In this document: positions 24,101 through 32,917 of the stretch, piece after piece | Numbering within the stretch: the first letter of the stretch is position 1 | Layout of the letters: the number at the start of each line of letters is the position of its first letter | NCBI GenBank assembly: GCA_963727485.1 | Contig: CAVSGM010000003.1 | Location: 64,001 to 128,000, forward strand | DNA: 64,000 nucleotides | Direction of reading: 5' to 3' | Source: an uncultured delta proteobacterium | Lineage (GTDB): Bacteria; Myxococcota; Myxococcia; SLRQ01 | Notes under the pieces: model-generated | The model's input: only the letters and a program-made list of their open reading frames with translations | Databases searched by the model: none | What the model was told of the DNA's origin: nothing | Position numbers and translations under genes: made by a program

Positions 24101-24450
24101 TCCTTGACGGTGCGGGCGGCGCCGGTGGCGCAGTCCACCGGGCTCAACACCTGGCGCAGGGCCAGCTCGGTCTTCTGGTCCTCGGTGCCCTCGACAATCT
24201 TGGGGTCGGGGCTGACGGTGAGGGTGTCGTTCCCGGTGTTCTTGATGGTCACCAGCTGGGTCGCCTCGGCCTTGACCGCCGTGGGATCGAAGGCGATCGC
24301 CTTGGGGGTGACCTCGATGACCGGAGCCACCTGGTTGATGCCCCCGCCCTGGCAGTCGCAGCCCCCCGCCGCCGAGGCGACGAAGAGTCCGGTGAGGACG
24401 ACCACGAGTAGGGCGTTGGTGTGCCGGCGCTGGGCCGTGTTTGCCGTCAT
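21190..24450 (-). CDS. Ig-like repeat + vWA lipoprotein, copy D
   Basis: Intact ORF with probable start ATG at 24450 (MTANTAQRRH), AGGCDC and IDDSCSM. Confidence 0.9.
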   Translation of the reverse strand: MTANTAQRRHTNALLVVVLTGLFVASAAGGCDCQGGGINQVAPVIEVTPKAIAFDPTAVKAEATQLVTIKNTGNDTLTVSPDPKIVEGTEDQKTELALRQVLSPVDCATGAARTVKDPSNLLPGQCATVMVVYRPLNIGNDTGKLVIKSNDKQHAEVDVPITASGAAPKIKVCLLAGDCVSQKTCNQTGQHLTLPFPLTGIGATTTCAVSIDNVGQLPLKNLTWSFKSGNRYKDYVLDPADLKATGDLAPGQGIQTKIHFSPKAGGDHQALVEMTSSDPDQPVLDIDLDGKGDGPKLCPDPVPTEDYGQVTVGQTSTKNIKLTNCGTMALSVTKLQVQDATGQGASTQYTMGSSAPAAPIQLAAGQSTQVPVDFKPDSATTFNGRLYLESTDPVVPSGWVNLTGQGVVPPSCQLQVATQTLDFGTGAPGYPVTKTLAVSNPGKLDCTGVTATVTAGTGVTFSILGNPSPFVLHPGDIITLQLKYDPQDTTPPDTGTLELASPDAAGPLDVTLQGTPASAPSCTLNVTPRTGNFSFGNCFITSFTPRVAEFGTVRVSKTKVITASLENTGSIPCTVSSAKLVAAIPLSPPDPNYTLPDGANTVVVNGTKTNTINPGQVGQINVQYQPASEAQDCGSLMIQTNDTNSDGSECGGFSNTNPQPGCYQVFLQGQGVRSAIEVIPSEVKFGVITVGCASLERTVTIYNTGGASLNITKIYTDPPGAGQPASGPFTITSMPPLPAALPGGGSVQMKVKYRPPDAKTHNALLVIESDAQNAAIMTVPLSGQGTTDSHQTDHFTQLSQPMVDVLWMIDDSCSMGDKQQNVSDQSQTFFQRATQLNTDFHLAVVTTDMDNPNESGRFQSRNGAPKIITPSTPNPVQAFSDDALLGTNGLGTEKGLAAVHAALTDPLLSDPAANAGFLRQDAKLVVIAVSDEDDQSSATVDFYVDFLKNIKGFHNADLMSFSSIVGYDESTKKAASCTSTSTGGQAVPGPRYVEVTNRTNGIARSICSTDWGKIADDLGLNAFGAKSQFFLTREAVPSSIVVHVNGQQVSQPAWSYDAPSNSIIFDASSVPPQGATIDVDYDTVCH

Positions 24451-24694
24451 GGGCCTGCTTCTCCCGCTGGGATGGAACTGTTGGGAATCGTTGCGGTCCC
24501 ACCCCGGACCCCGGACGCCGGTGGGGGGACGGGCCGTCGCGAAGGCACGCAACGACCGGAGTTTGACCGTCTAGCATGGCGAATCGGAAAGCGAAACCGC
24601 GCCGCCCTCCCCCGACCATGGGGTAAGGGGGGGTGACGTGGATCACGACAGCCGGGCCTCGGGGGCCGCAGAGGCCTGATTCTCCAACGGTTTC

Positions 24695-25897
24695 TTGATC
24701 GATCCCCGCGCGCGCTGGTACCTTCGACCCGACGGGCGCCCGGAGGTCTCCACCGGGGGCCCGGCGCCCGGAGGCGGCGTGCGTCGAGCATTTCCAGCGT
24801 GGTGGCCGTACCTGTCCGTCCTGATCCTCGGGGTCGGCGCCTGCGCCCATGCCCCGGCGGCGGTCGGCGCCGCCGGCCGGCCGGGCGCCCCCCGCGTCGC
24901 GTCCCGGGCCTCCGGGGGCCCCGCTGCCGGCGTCGCGCTCGCCGCGGCCGGCCCCGCCGCGTCGGGCCCGCTGCCGCGCCGTGGCTCGGGTGGGGCCGCC
25001 GCGTCCCTCCCGGCGCCGCCGGTGCGGGTCACGCCCCTGTCCGCCGACGAGGTCAGCGCCCTGCTCCGCCGCGCCCACGCGCCCCCGCCCCGCGCGGGCC
25101 ACGGCGACGAGGGCGAGCGCCCGGCGCGGCTCACCGTCGACGCCGACCTCGCCCGCCTCACCCGGGTCCTCGGCTCCCTCAGGGCGGCGCGGGGCCGGGG
25201 CCGCCACCGGGCGCCCCAGGTGGTGGTCTCCGAGTGGTCCCGGATGCTGGGCCAGCTCGACGCCTACCTCGACCAGCCCCCCTCCGAGACCCCTTCGCCG
25301 GAGCTGGTGCGCACCCGGATCGTGGTCGAGACCGAGCTCGGCCACGACGCCCGGGCCTGGCGCCTCCCCTCGGCCCTGGTGGCGCGGATCCGCTCCCGCC
25401 TCGCCTACCTCGACCACCGCCTGCGCGTGGGCTACGGCCCGGCGATCCCGGCGGTGGCCCCGAGGCACATCGAGTGGCCCATCGACCCGGTGGTGGTCAA
25501 CAGCCCCTTCGGGCTGCGGACGGACCCCATCGACGGCAAGATCCGCTTCCACGACGGCCTCGATCTCGACGGGCGCCTGGGCCAGGCGGTCACCGCCGCC
25601 GCCGACGGGGTGGTGGTCTGGGCCGGGTGGCGCGGGGGCTACGGCCGCCACATCGAGCTCGCCCACGGCGGCGGCTGGGTGACCACCTACAGCCACCTCT
25701 CGCGGATCCTGGTCCACCGGGGAGACCGGGTGCAGCTCGGCGACCTCATCGGCCTGGTGGGCTCCACCGGGCGCTCCACCGGGCCGCACCTCCACTTCGA
25801 GGTGCTCCACCACGGCCACGTCCTCGATCCCACCTCGGTCCTCGGGGATCCGATCTACGCCGACCAGAACCCGGGCACCGGCCTCGGCGGCGAGTAG
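24695..25897 (+). CDS. M23 family metallopeptidase, probable lipoprotein (start uncertain)
   Basis: HDGLDL, TTYSHL and GRSTGPHLHFEV; lipobox-like VGAC. Confidence 0.85.
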   Translation: MIDPRARWYLRPDGRPEVSTGGPAPGGGVRRAFPAWWPYLSVLILGVGACAHAPAAVGAAGRPGAPRVASRASGGPAAGVALAAAGPAASGPLPRRGSGGAAASLPAPPVRVTPLSADEVSALLRRAHAPPPRAGHGDEGERPARLTVDADLARLTRVLGSLRAARGRGRHRAPQVVVSEWSRMLGQLDAYLDQPPSETPSPELVRTRIVVETELGHDARAWRLPSALVARIRSRLAYLDHRLRVGYGPAIPAVAPRHIEWPIDPVVVNSPFGLRTDPIDGKIRFHDGLDLDGRLGQAVTAAADGVVVWAGWRGGYGRHIELAHGGGWVTTYSHLSRILVHRGDRVQLGDLIGLVGSTGRSTGPHLHFEVLHHGHVLDPTSVLGDPIYADQNPGTGLGGE

Positions 25898-25963
25898 GGC
25901 CGCCGGCGAGCAGGACCGCCGGCGCCCTTCCCCTCGGCGCGACCCGATCTACACTGGAGCCCC

Positions 25964-26383
25964 GTGCCCCTCGATCTCGCAGCGCTCCTCGACGAGGCGT
26001 TCCTGGTCGCCGACGCCACCCGGGCCAACAGCGCCCTGGCCGAGGCCCGGGCCCAGTTCGCCACCGATCCCTCGGCGAAGTCCTTCAGCTACGAGGTGAT
26101 GGTCCCCGAGGACGCGGACCAGGCCTGGTTCGAGGGCCGGCTCCTCGCCCGCCTCGTCTACCACTGCGAGTCCACCCGCTCGCCCCTGCCGGCGTGCCAG
26201 GGGGTCTTCGTCTCCCTCTTCATCGGCGACCGGCTCCACTGCGTCGCCGCCGACAAGCTGGTGGCGTTCGCCTGCGAGCGGATGGGCACCACCCCCGAGG
26301 GCCTGGTCGAGCGCTTCGGCACCGGCGAGGTCCGCCACCCCCTCCGCGAGCCCCACGGCCTCCTGCCCCCCGGGCGCGAGTGA
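25964..26383 (+). CDS. STAUR_1299-like myxobacterial protein
   Basis: SYEV.VP...W...RL..RLVY.......P..CQGVFVSLF pattern recalled from that family; good codon bias. Confidence 0.6.
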   Translation: MPLDLAALLDEAFLVADATRANSALAEARAQFATDPSAKSFSYEVMVPEDADQAWFEGRLLARLVYHCESTRSPLPACQGVFVSLFIGDRLHCVAADKLVAFACERMGTTPEGLVERFGTGEVRHPLREPHGLLPPGRE

Positions 26384-27621
26384 GGGACCGGACGCCGGCA
26401 AGCGCCGCCGGCGTCGCCGTCCTCGCCCGCGCCGTCCTCGCCCGCGCGGCGCTCGCCCTCGCCGCCGCCCTCGCCGCCGGGTGCACCACACCCCGGGCCC
26501 GGGCGCGCCTCGCCGACCGGGCGCTCCCCGCCGGGCGGTCCGCCGGGCCCGTCGCCGTCGACCGGGACCTGCATCTCCACGGCGCCGGGATCGGCCGCAC
26601 CACGCTGGGCGCCGCCCCCGGCGCCGGGCCGGTGCTGGTGGTGCCCCCGGGCCGCCGGGTGGTCCTCGAGGACCTCTCGCTCGCCGGCCGGGGCCACGGC
26701 CCCACCGTGCTGGTCCGGGGCCGCCTCACGGTGCGCCGGGTGGCGGTGTCCGGGGGCGGGGCGGCCATCCGCGTCGACGGCGGCACCCTCGACGCCGACC
26801 ACCTCGAGGTGGGCCAGGCCCGAAGCGCGGTGGAGGTGGTCCGCCGGGGTCGCGCCCGCCTCGCCCACCTCACCGCCACCGGCCTCGCCGAGGCGGCCCT
26901 CCTCGCCGGCGAGGGCACCCACCTCACCCTGCGCCAGGGGGCGGTCACCGTCGCCGACTACGGCCTCCTGGTCCGCCCCGGGGCCACCGTCGACGTCCGG
27001 GGCCTCGAAGTGACCCGCCCCCGCTTCGCCGGCGTCGGGATCACCGGCGGCAGCGGCCGCCTCGCCGGCGTCACCGTGGTGGGCCCCTGCCGCTACGGGG
27101 GCGTCCTCGCCAGCGACCTCCACCGGCCCCTGGCCCTCGCCGGGATCACCGTCCGGGGGGTGACCGGCGTGGGCGTGCAGGTGGTGCGCGGGACGGTCAC
27201 CCTCGAGGGCCTCCACGTCGACGGCGTGGGCGCCGACGCCCACGGAGGCCTCGGCGATGGCCTCCTCCTCGAGGCCACCGACGCCCGGGTCCGGGCCTTC
27301 GACCTCCGGCACACCGCCGGCCCGGGGGTCGCGGTCCTCGGGGGCCGGGTGCACCTCGCGGGCGGGCAGGTCGCCGCCGGGGGCGGCCCCGGGATCGTCG
27401 CCTGGCGCCGCTCGCAGGTCACCGTGAAGGGCGTGACGGTCGGGGCCGAACGCGGCCCGGCGGTGCGCGCCGCCGAGGGGAGCCGGGTGACGGTCGAGGG
27501 CGGCCGCCTCCACGGGGGCACCGGCGCCAAGGCGACCACCTGCGCCGGCGGCGGCCAGGTCCGCCTCGGCCCCGGGGTCACGGGATCCGGCGCCGGCGGC
27601 GCCCCGGCCCCCTGCGGCTGA
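26380..27621 (+). CDS. Right-handed beta-helix repeat lipoprotein
   Basis: GTG start overlaps the upstream stop; lipobox AAGC; Gly/Val-rich beta-helix-type repeats. Confidence 0.7.
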   Translation: MRDRTPASAAGVAVLARAVLARAALALAAALAAGCTTPRARARLADRALPAGRSAGPVAVDRDLHLHGAGIGRTTLGAAPGAGPVLVVPPGRRVVLEDLSLAGRGHGPTVLVRGRLTVRRVAVSGGGAAIRVDGGTLDADHLEVGQARSAVEVVRRGRARLAHLTATGLAEAALLAGEGTHLTLRQGAVTVADYGLLVRPGATVDVRGLEVTRPRFAGVGITGGSGRLAGVTVVGPCRYGGVLASDLHRPLALAGITVRGVTGVGVQVVRGTVTLEGLHVDGVGADAHGGLGDGLLLEATDARVRAFDLRHTAGPGVAVLGGRVHLAGGQVAAGGGPGIVAWRRSQVTVKGVTVGAERGPAVRAAEGSRVTVEGGRLHGGTGAKATTCAGGGQVRLGPGVTGSGAGGAPAPCG

Positions 27622-27680
27622 TCCCGGCGCCTGGATCCCCTCCGCGCCGAGGGCACCCTCGGCACCCCTCGGAACGCGTC

Positions 27681-27734
27681 ACGTTGGGATACGTTGGGAG
27701 ACGTTGGGGCGGATTGCCCCAATGGGATACGTTG
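27681..27734. repeat. Intergenic 10-bp tandem repeat with embedded hairpin
   Basis: ACGTTGGGAT-ACGTTGGGAG-ACGTTGGGGC, then TTGGGGC-GGATT-GCCCCAA inverted repeat, then TGGGATACGTTG. Confidence 0.8.
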
Positions 27735-27787
27735 TGATGCGCTCGACGGGTCGCCCCCCCCCCCGGCCGCCCGGGCCCGCCCGGCGG

Positions 27788-29741
27788 CTAGAGGTCGATT
27801 CTGGGTGCCGACCTCGACCACGCGGTTCGGGGGGATGTTGAAGAACCGGGTGGCGCTCTGGGCGTTGCGGGACATGAACACGAAGAGGCGCTCCCGCCAG
27901 ATGGCCATCCCCGGGCGCTTGGTGGCGATGAGGGTCTCGCGGGAGAGGAAGAACGTGGTGTTCTGCAGGGTGGCCTTGAAGTCGTGGGTCTTCGCCAGGT
28001 TCTCGAGGACCTCGGGGATCGAGGGCTCGTCCATGAAGCCGTTGTGGACCACCACCCGGTACATCTCGGCGCCGAGGGTCTCGAACTGCACCCGGCGCTT
28101 CGAGGGCACGTGGGGGATCTCCTCGGTGACCACGGTGAGGAGGATCACCTGCTCGTGCATGACCTTGTTGTGCTTGAGGTTGTGGAGGAGCGCGCCGGGG
28201 ACGCCCTGGGGGTTGCCGGTCATGAACACGGCGACGCCGGAGACGCGCTGGGGCGGGTTCTCGACGATGCCCTGGAGGAAGCCGTCCACCGAGGCGGTGG
28301 TGGCCCGGAGGCGGTTGGAGAGGATCTCCCGGCCGCGCTTCCAGGTGGCCATGACCGTGTAGACCATCGCCGCCACCAGGAGGGGGAACCAGCCACCGGC
28401 GGGGATCTTGATGATGTTCGCCCCGAAGAAGGCCAGGTCGAAGATGAGGAAGAAGAGGCAGAGGCTCCCCGAGAGCCACCGGCTCCAGCCCCAGATCCGC
28501 CGGCTCACCACGTAGAAGAGCACGGTGGTGATGACCATGGTCGTGGTCACCGCCACCCCGTAGGCCGCGGCGAGGTTCGTCGACCGCTTGAACCCGAGCA
28601 CCAGGGCGATGGTGGTGAGCATCAGGGTCCAGTTGATCAGCGGGATGTAGATCTGGCCCCGCTCCTTGGCCGAGGTGTGGTCGATCTGCACGCGGGGGAA
28701 GTAGCCGAGCTGCACCCCCTGCATGGTCAGGGAGAAGGCGCCGGTGATCACCGCCTGGCTGGCGATGACCGTGGCCATGGTCGCCAGCGCCACCAGCGGG
28801 TAGAGCGACCAGTGGGGGGCGAGGCGGAAGAAGGGGTTGTGGGCCGCCTCGGGGTTGTGCAGCAGCAGCGCCCCCTGGCCCAGGTAGTTGAGCAGCAGGG
28901 ACGGGAGCACCACCGCGAACCAGGCCAGCCGGATGGGCTTGGCGCCGAAGTGGCCCATGTCGGCGTAGAGGGCCTCGCCGCCGGTGACCACCAGGAACAC
29001 CGCCCCGAGGACGAGGATCCCGCCGATGCCGTGGGCCATGAAGTACTCGACGGCGTAGTGGGGGCTCAGGGCGAAGAGGACGTGGGGCTCGCGGACGATG
29101 CCGCCGACCCCGAGGACCGCCAGGGTGAGGAACCAGACGGCGGTGATGGGCCCGAAGATGGCCCCGACCCGGGCGGTGCCGTGGCGCTGCACCAGGAAGA
29201 GGCCGACGAGGATCCCGATGGTGATGGGGATGACCCAGGTCACCAGGGCCGGGGTGGCGACCTCGAGGCCCTCCACCGCCGAGAGCACCGAGATGGCCGG
29301 GGTGATGACCCCGTCGCCGTAGAGGAGGGCGGCGCCGAAGAGGCCGAGGGCCACGATGGTCCAGGTGGCCTTCCCGGCGCCCTCGGGCCTCGCGAGGGCC
29401 ATGAGGGCGAGGATGCCGCCCTCGCCCTCGTTGTCCGCCCGCATGATGAACACCAGGTACTTGAAGGAGATCACCAGCACCAGCGACCAGAAGATGAGCG
29501 AGAGCACCCCCATGATGTTGGCCGGGGTGACCGCCATGGCGTAGTCCCCGAAGAAGCACTCGCGCAGCGCGTAGAGGGGGCTGGTGCCGATGTCGCCGTA
29601 GACCACCCCCAGGGCGGTCAGCGCCATCAGGTAGAGGTACTTGCCGTGGACGTCGTGCTTGTGATCGGCGGCGGCCCCGGGTTTCGGGGGCGGGGGCTGC
29701 GCCTCGTCCTTGCCGGACGGGGCCTCGGGGGTGTCTGCCAC
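27788..29741 (-). CDS. kup: Potassium transporter Kup; apparent frameshift at 27797-27801 just before the stop
   Basis: GVVYGDIGTSPLYA, DNEGEGG, EALYADMGHFG and NRVVEVG; correcting GATTC to GATC gives TQIDL*. Confidence 0.95.
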
Positions 29742-29869
29742 GCCGTCTCCTTGGGCTGGGTCGTGGGAAGCGCGCCTCTATAGCGCACCTGCCGCAAAGC
29801 AGGCCACGATCTCGCGATCGTGTCCACCCGCCCTGGCGCGATCGTCCGGTGCGGATCGCGCCGGCGCGC

Positions 29870-30823
29870 TCAGCCGCCGGCGAGGGCGTCGTCGATGTGG
29901 CGCATCACCTCGGGGGTGAGCTGGTCCACGAGCGCCGCGGCGGCGAGGTTCTCCTTGACCTGCTCGGGGCGGCTGGCGCCGGTGATCACCGTGCTCACGT
30001 GGGGATTGGCCGCGCACCAGGCCAGGGCCAGCTGGGCCAGGGTGCCCCCGAGCTCGCTGGCGATGGGCGCCAGGCGCCGCACCTTCCCCAGGTTCTCCTC
30101 GGTGAGCAGGGCGTCCCGGAGCCACCCGAGGTTGTCGAGGCCCAGGCGGCTGCCCTTGGGGACGCCGTCGTTGTACTTGCCGGTGAGCACCCCGCTGGCC
30201 AGCGGGCTCCAGATGGTGGTCCCCAGGCCCCGCTTCTCGAAGAGCGGCACCAGCTCCTCCTCCACCCGCTCGCGCACCAGCATGCTGTACTGGGGCTGCT
30301 CCATGGTCGGGGGCGTGAGGCCCAGGCCCTCGCAGACCGCGTAGGCCTCCTCGAGCTGCTCGGCGCTCCACTCGCTGGTGCCCCAGTAGAGGACCTTGCC
30401 CTGGCGGATCAGGGTGTCCATGGCCCGCGCCGTCTCCTCCACCGGGGTCTCGGGATCGGGCCGGTGGCAGAAGTAGAGGTCGAGGTAGTCGGTGCGCAGG
30501 CGCTTCAGGGCCGCGTGGCAGGCCTCGGTGACGTGCTTGCGCGAGAGCCCGGTCTGGTTGGGCCCGTCGCCGCCCCAGAACACCTTGGAGCTGATGACCA
30601 GCTCGTCCCGGGGGAGCTCGGCGAGGATGCGCCCCACCACCTCCTCGGCCTTGCCGCCGCCGTAGGCCTCGGCGTTGTCGAAGTAGTTCACCCCCAGGTC
30701 GTAGGCGGTGAGCAGGCACTTGCGGGCGGGCGTGTCGTCGACCTGGGAGCCGTAGGTCACCCAGGAGCCGATGGAGAACTGCGAGAGCTTCAGGCCACTG
30801 TGGCCGAGGCGGTTGTACTTCAT
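29870..30823 (-). CDS. Aldo/keto reductase (Kv-beta-like subfamily)
   Basis: [38 protein letters not shown] and [13 protein letters not shown]. Confidence 0.9.
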   Translation of the reverse strand: MKYNRLGHSGLKLSQFSIGSWVTYGSQVDDTPARKCLLTAYDLGVNYFDNAEAYGGGKAEEVVGRILAELPRDELVISSKVFWGGDGPNQTGLSRKHVTEACHAALKRLRTDYLDLYFCHRPDPETPVEETARAMDTLIRQGKVLYWGTSEWSAEQLEEAYAVCEGLGLTPPTMEQPQYSMLVRERVEEELVPLFEKRGLGTTIWSPLASGVLTGKYNDGVPKGSRLGLDNLGWLRDALLTEENLGKVRRLAPIASELGGTLAQLALAWCAANPHVSTVITGASRPEQVKENLAAAALVDQLTPEVMRHIDDALAGG

Positions 30824-31302
30824 GGGAGCTTCCCTTCTTTCCGGGTCCAGGTGCCGCTTCGGCCCCCGGACTTGGCGAGGAGGCGGACCGAGAAGGCCAT
30901 CCCCCGGTCCACCGCCTTGAGCATGTCGTAGACGGTCAGCGCCGCGACGCTGGCGGCGGTCAGCGCCTCCATCTCCACCCCCGTGGGCCCGGTGCACCGG
31001 CAGGTGGCCGTGATCCGCACCCCCTCGGGCACCGGCTCCAGGTCCACCTGGGCGTGGGTCAGCGGCAGGGGGTGGCACAGGGGGATGAGGGCGCTGGTCT
31101 GCTTGGCGGCCTGGATCCCGGCGATCCGGGCGGTGGCGAGGACGTCCCCCTTGGGGGCCCCCTCGGCCAGAAGCGCCCGGGTCGCCGCGGCCATCTGCAC
31201 CAGGGACTCGGCCACCGCCTCCCGGGCGGTGGCCGGCTTGTCCGAGACGTCGACCATGTGCGCCTGGCCCCGCTCGTCGAGGTGGGTCAGGCGCCCGGCC
31301 AT
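30820..31302 (-). CDS. moaC: Cyclic pyranopterin monophosphate synthase MoaC
   Basis: [35 protein letters not shown] and KSGGRSG. Confidence 0.95.
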   Translation of the reverse strand: MAGRLTHLDERGQAHMVDVSDKPATAREAVAESLVQMAAATRALLAEGAPKGDVLATARIAGIQAAKQTSALIPLCHPLPLTHAQVDLEPVPEGVRITATCRCTGPTGVEMEALTAASVAALTVYDMLKAVDRGMAFSVRLLAKSGGRSGTWTRKEGKLP

Positions 31303-32264
31303 CAGATGACACCCTCGTGGGCGAGGTAGCGCTCGGCGTCGAGGGCGGCCATGCACCCGGTGCCCGCGGCGGTCACCGCCTGGCGGTAGACGAAGTCCGC
31401 GGCGTCGCCGGCGACGAAGACCCCGGGGACGCTGGTCTTGGTGGTCCCCGGCTCCACCAGGCGGATGTAGCCGTTCTCGTGGAGGTCCACCTGGCCCTTG
31501 AACACGTCGGTGTTGGGCTTGTGGCCGATGGCGATGAACAGGCCCTTGACCTCGAGGTCCTGGTGGTCGCCGGTGACCGTGTCCTGGAGGGTCAGCTTGG
31601 TGACGCCCTCCTCCTTGGTGCCGTGGACCTCGCTGACGACCGAGTTCCACACGAACTCGATCTTGGGGTCCTTCTGGGCCCGCTGCTGCATGAACTTGGA
31701 GGCCCGCAGCTCGTCGCGGCGGTGGAGCACGTAGACCTTGCTGGCGAACTTGGTGAGGAAGGTGGCCTCCTCCATGGCGGTGTCGCCGCCGCCGACCACG
31801 GCGATGGGCACGTCGCGGAAGAAGAAGCCGTCGCAGGTGGCGCAGGCGCTCACCCCGTAGCCCCGCAGGGCCTGCTCGCTCTCGAGGTTCAGCCACCTCG
31901 CAGAGGCGCCGGTGGCGAGGATCACCGACTGGGCCTGGATCTCCTGGCCGTCGTCGACCACCAGGGTGAACGGCGGGCCCTGGGAGAGGTCGACCCGGGT
32001 GACGGTGCCGTTGACCATCTCGGTGCCGAAGCGCTCGGCCTGCTTGCGGAAGAGCTCCATGAGGTCCGGGCCCATCACCCCCTCGGGGAACCCGGGGTAG
32101 TTCTCCACGTCGGTGGTGATGGTGAGCTGGCCGCCGGGCTGGATGCCGTCGACCAGGATGGGCTCGAGGTTGGCGCGGGCGGCATAGACCGCGGCGGTGT
32201 AGCCGGCGGGACCGGAGCCGATGATGGCGACCTTCCGGACGCCGTCCTTCGGAGTGCTGGACAT
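31302..32264 (-). CDS. trxB: Thioredoxin-disulfide reductase
   Basis: [28 protein letters not shown] and [10 protein letters not shown]. Confidence 0.97.
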   Translation of the reverse strand: MSSTPKDGVRKVAIIGSGPAGYTAAVYAARANLEPILVDGIQPGGQLTITTDVENYPGFPEGVMGPDLMELFRKQAERFGTEMVNGTVTRVDLSQGPPFTLVVDDGQEIQAQSVILATGASARWLNLESEQALRGYGVSACATCDGFFFRDVPIAVVGGGDTAMEEATFLTKFASKVYVLHRRDELRASKFMQQRAQKDPKIEFVWNSVVSEVHGTKEEGVTKLTLQDTVTGDHQDLEVKGLFIAIGHKPNTDVFKGQVDLHENGYIRLVEPGTTKTSVPGVFVAGDAADFVYRQAVTAAGTGCMAALDAERYLAHEGVI

Positions 32265-32360
32265 GAGGATCTGCTCCCAGAATGCGGGGGGTTGTCGGTT
32301 TGGCCCCCTGGGATATCACACCGGAGGCCGTGTTATAGTCCGGTATAAGCCCCCGAACGG

Positions 32361-32823
32361 ATGGACGCCTCCGCCCTCAAGCAGATCGAGCTCTTCAACG
32401 GGCTCACCCACCGCCACCTCGAGGCGTTGGCGTCGATCACCGAAGATCGCACCCACGACGCCGGCACCCGGCTCTTCGCCGAGGGGGACGCCGGAGACGA
32501 GCTGTTCATGGTCCTCAAGGGCAAGGTCCGGATCTCCAAGATTGTCGAGGGGGTGGGCGAGGAGGCCCTGGCCATCCTCGAGCCCGGCGCCTACTTCGGC
32601 GAGATGGCCCTGGTCAGTGATCTCCCCCGGTCCGCCCACGCCACCTGCAACACCCCGGTGGAGGTGGGCGTCATCCGCCGGGAGGCCTTCGAGCAGCTCC
32701 TCTTCCTCGACAAGGATTCTCGCCTACGAGCTGCTCTGGACCTTCGTGCGCACGCTGTCCCGGCGGCTGGCCGAGACCAACGACAAGATCAAGGCGTTCT
32801 TCGCCATGTCGAGCCGCTTCTAA
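32361..32823 (+). CDS. Stand-alone cyclic nucleotide-binding domain protein; apparent frameshift at 32715-32719
   Basis: FAEGDAGD and [13 protein letters not shown]; the corrected C-terminus reads [24 protein letters not shown]. Confidence 0.85.
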
Positions 32824-32917
32824 GGAGGGGCCCCCGGGCCCCCCACAGGTAAGGTCGGACCACGGGAGCCCAAACGGGCCTTCCAGGTAGACTCCGCCAC
32901 CCCGCAAGGCCTGCATC

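Noticed and set aside
11649..24411. Long + strand ORFs (974, 710, 675 and 1072 aa) opposite the adhesin genes, and similar ones such as 46745-51292 and 59492-62839
   Set aside because: Antisense shadow frames typical of high-GC DNA, with no recognisable motifs.
11206..24450. Diversity-generating retroelement or invertase-driven shuffling of the adhesin array
   Set aside because: No reverse transcriptase or recombinase is in the window, and I saw no adenine-specific template/variable repeat pair.
27681..27734. Possible mini-CRISPR
   Set aside because: The units are 10 bp with no spacers, and no cas genes are present.
27093..27787. Apparent 230-aa C-terminal extension of Kup
   Set aside because: Artefact of the extra base at 27797-27801; the corrected gene stops at 27788.
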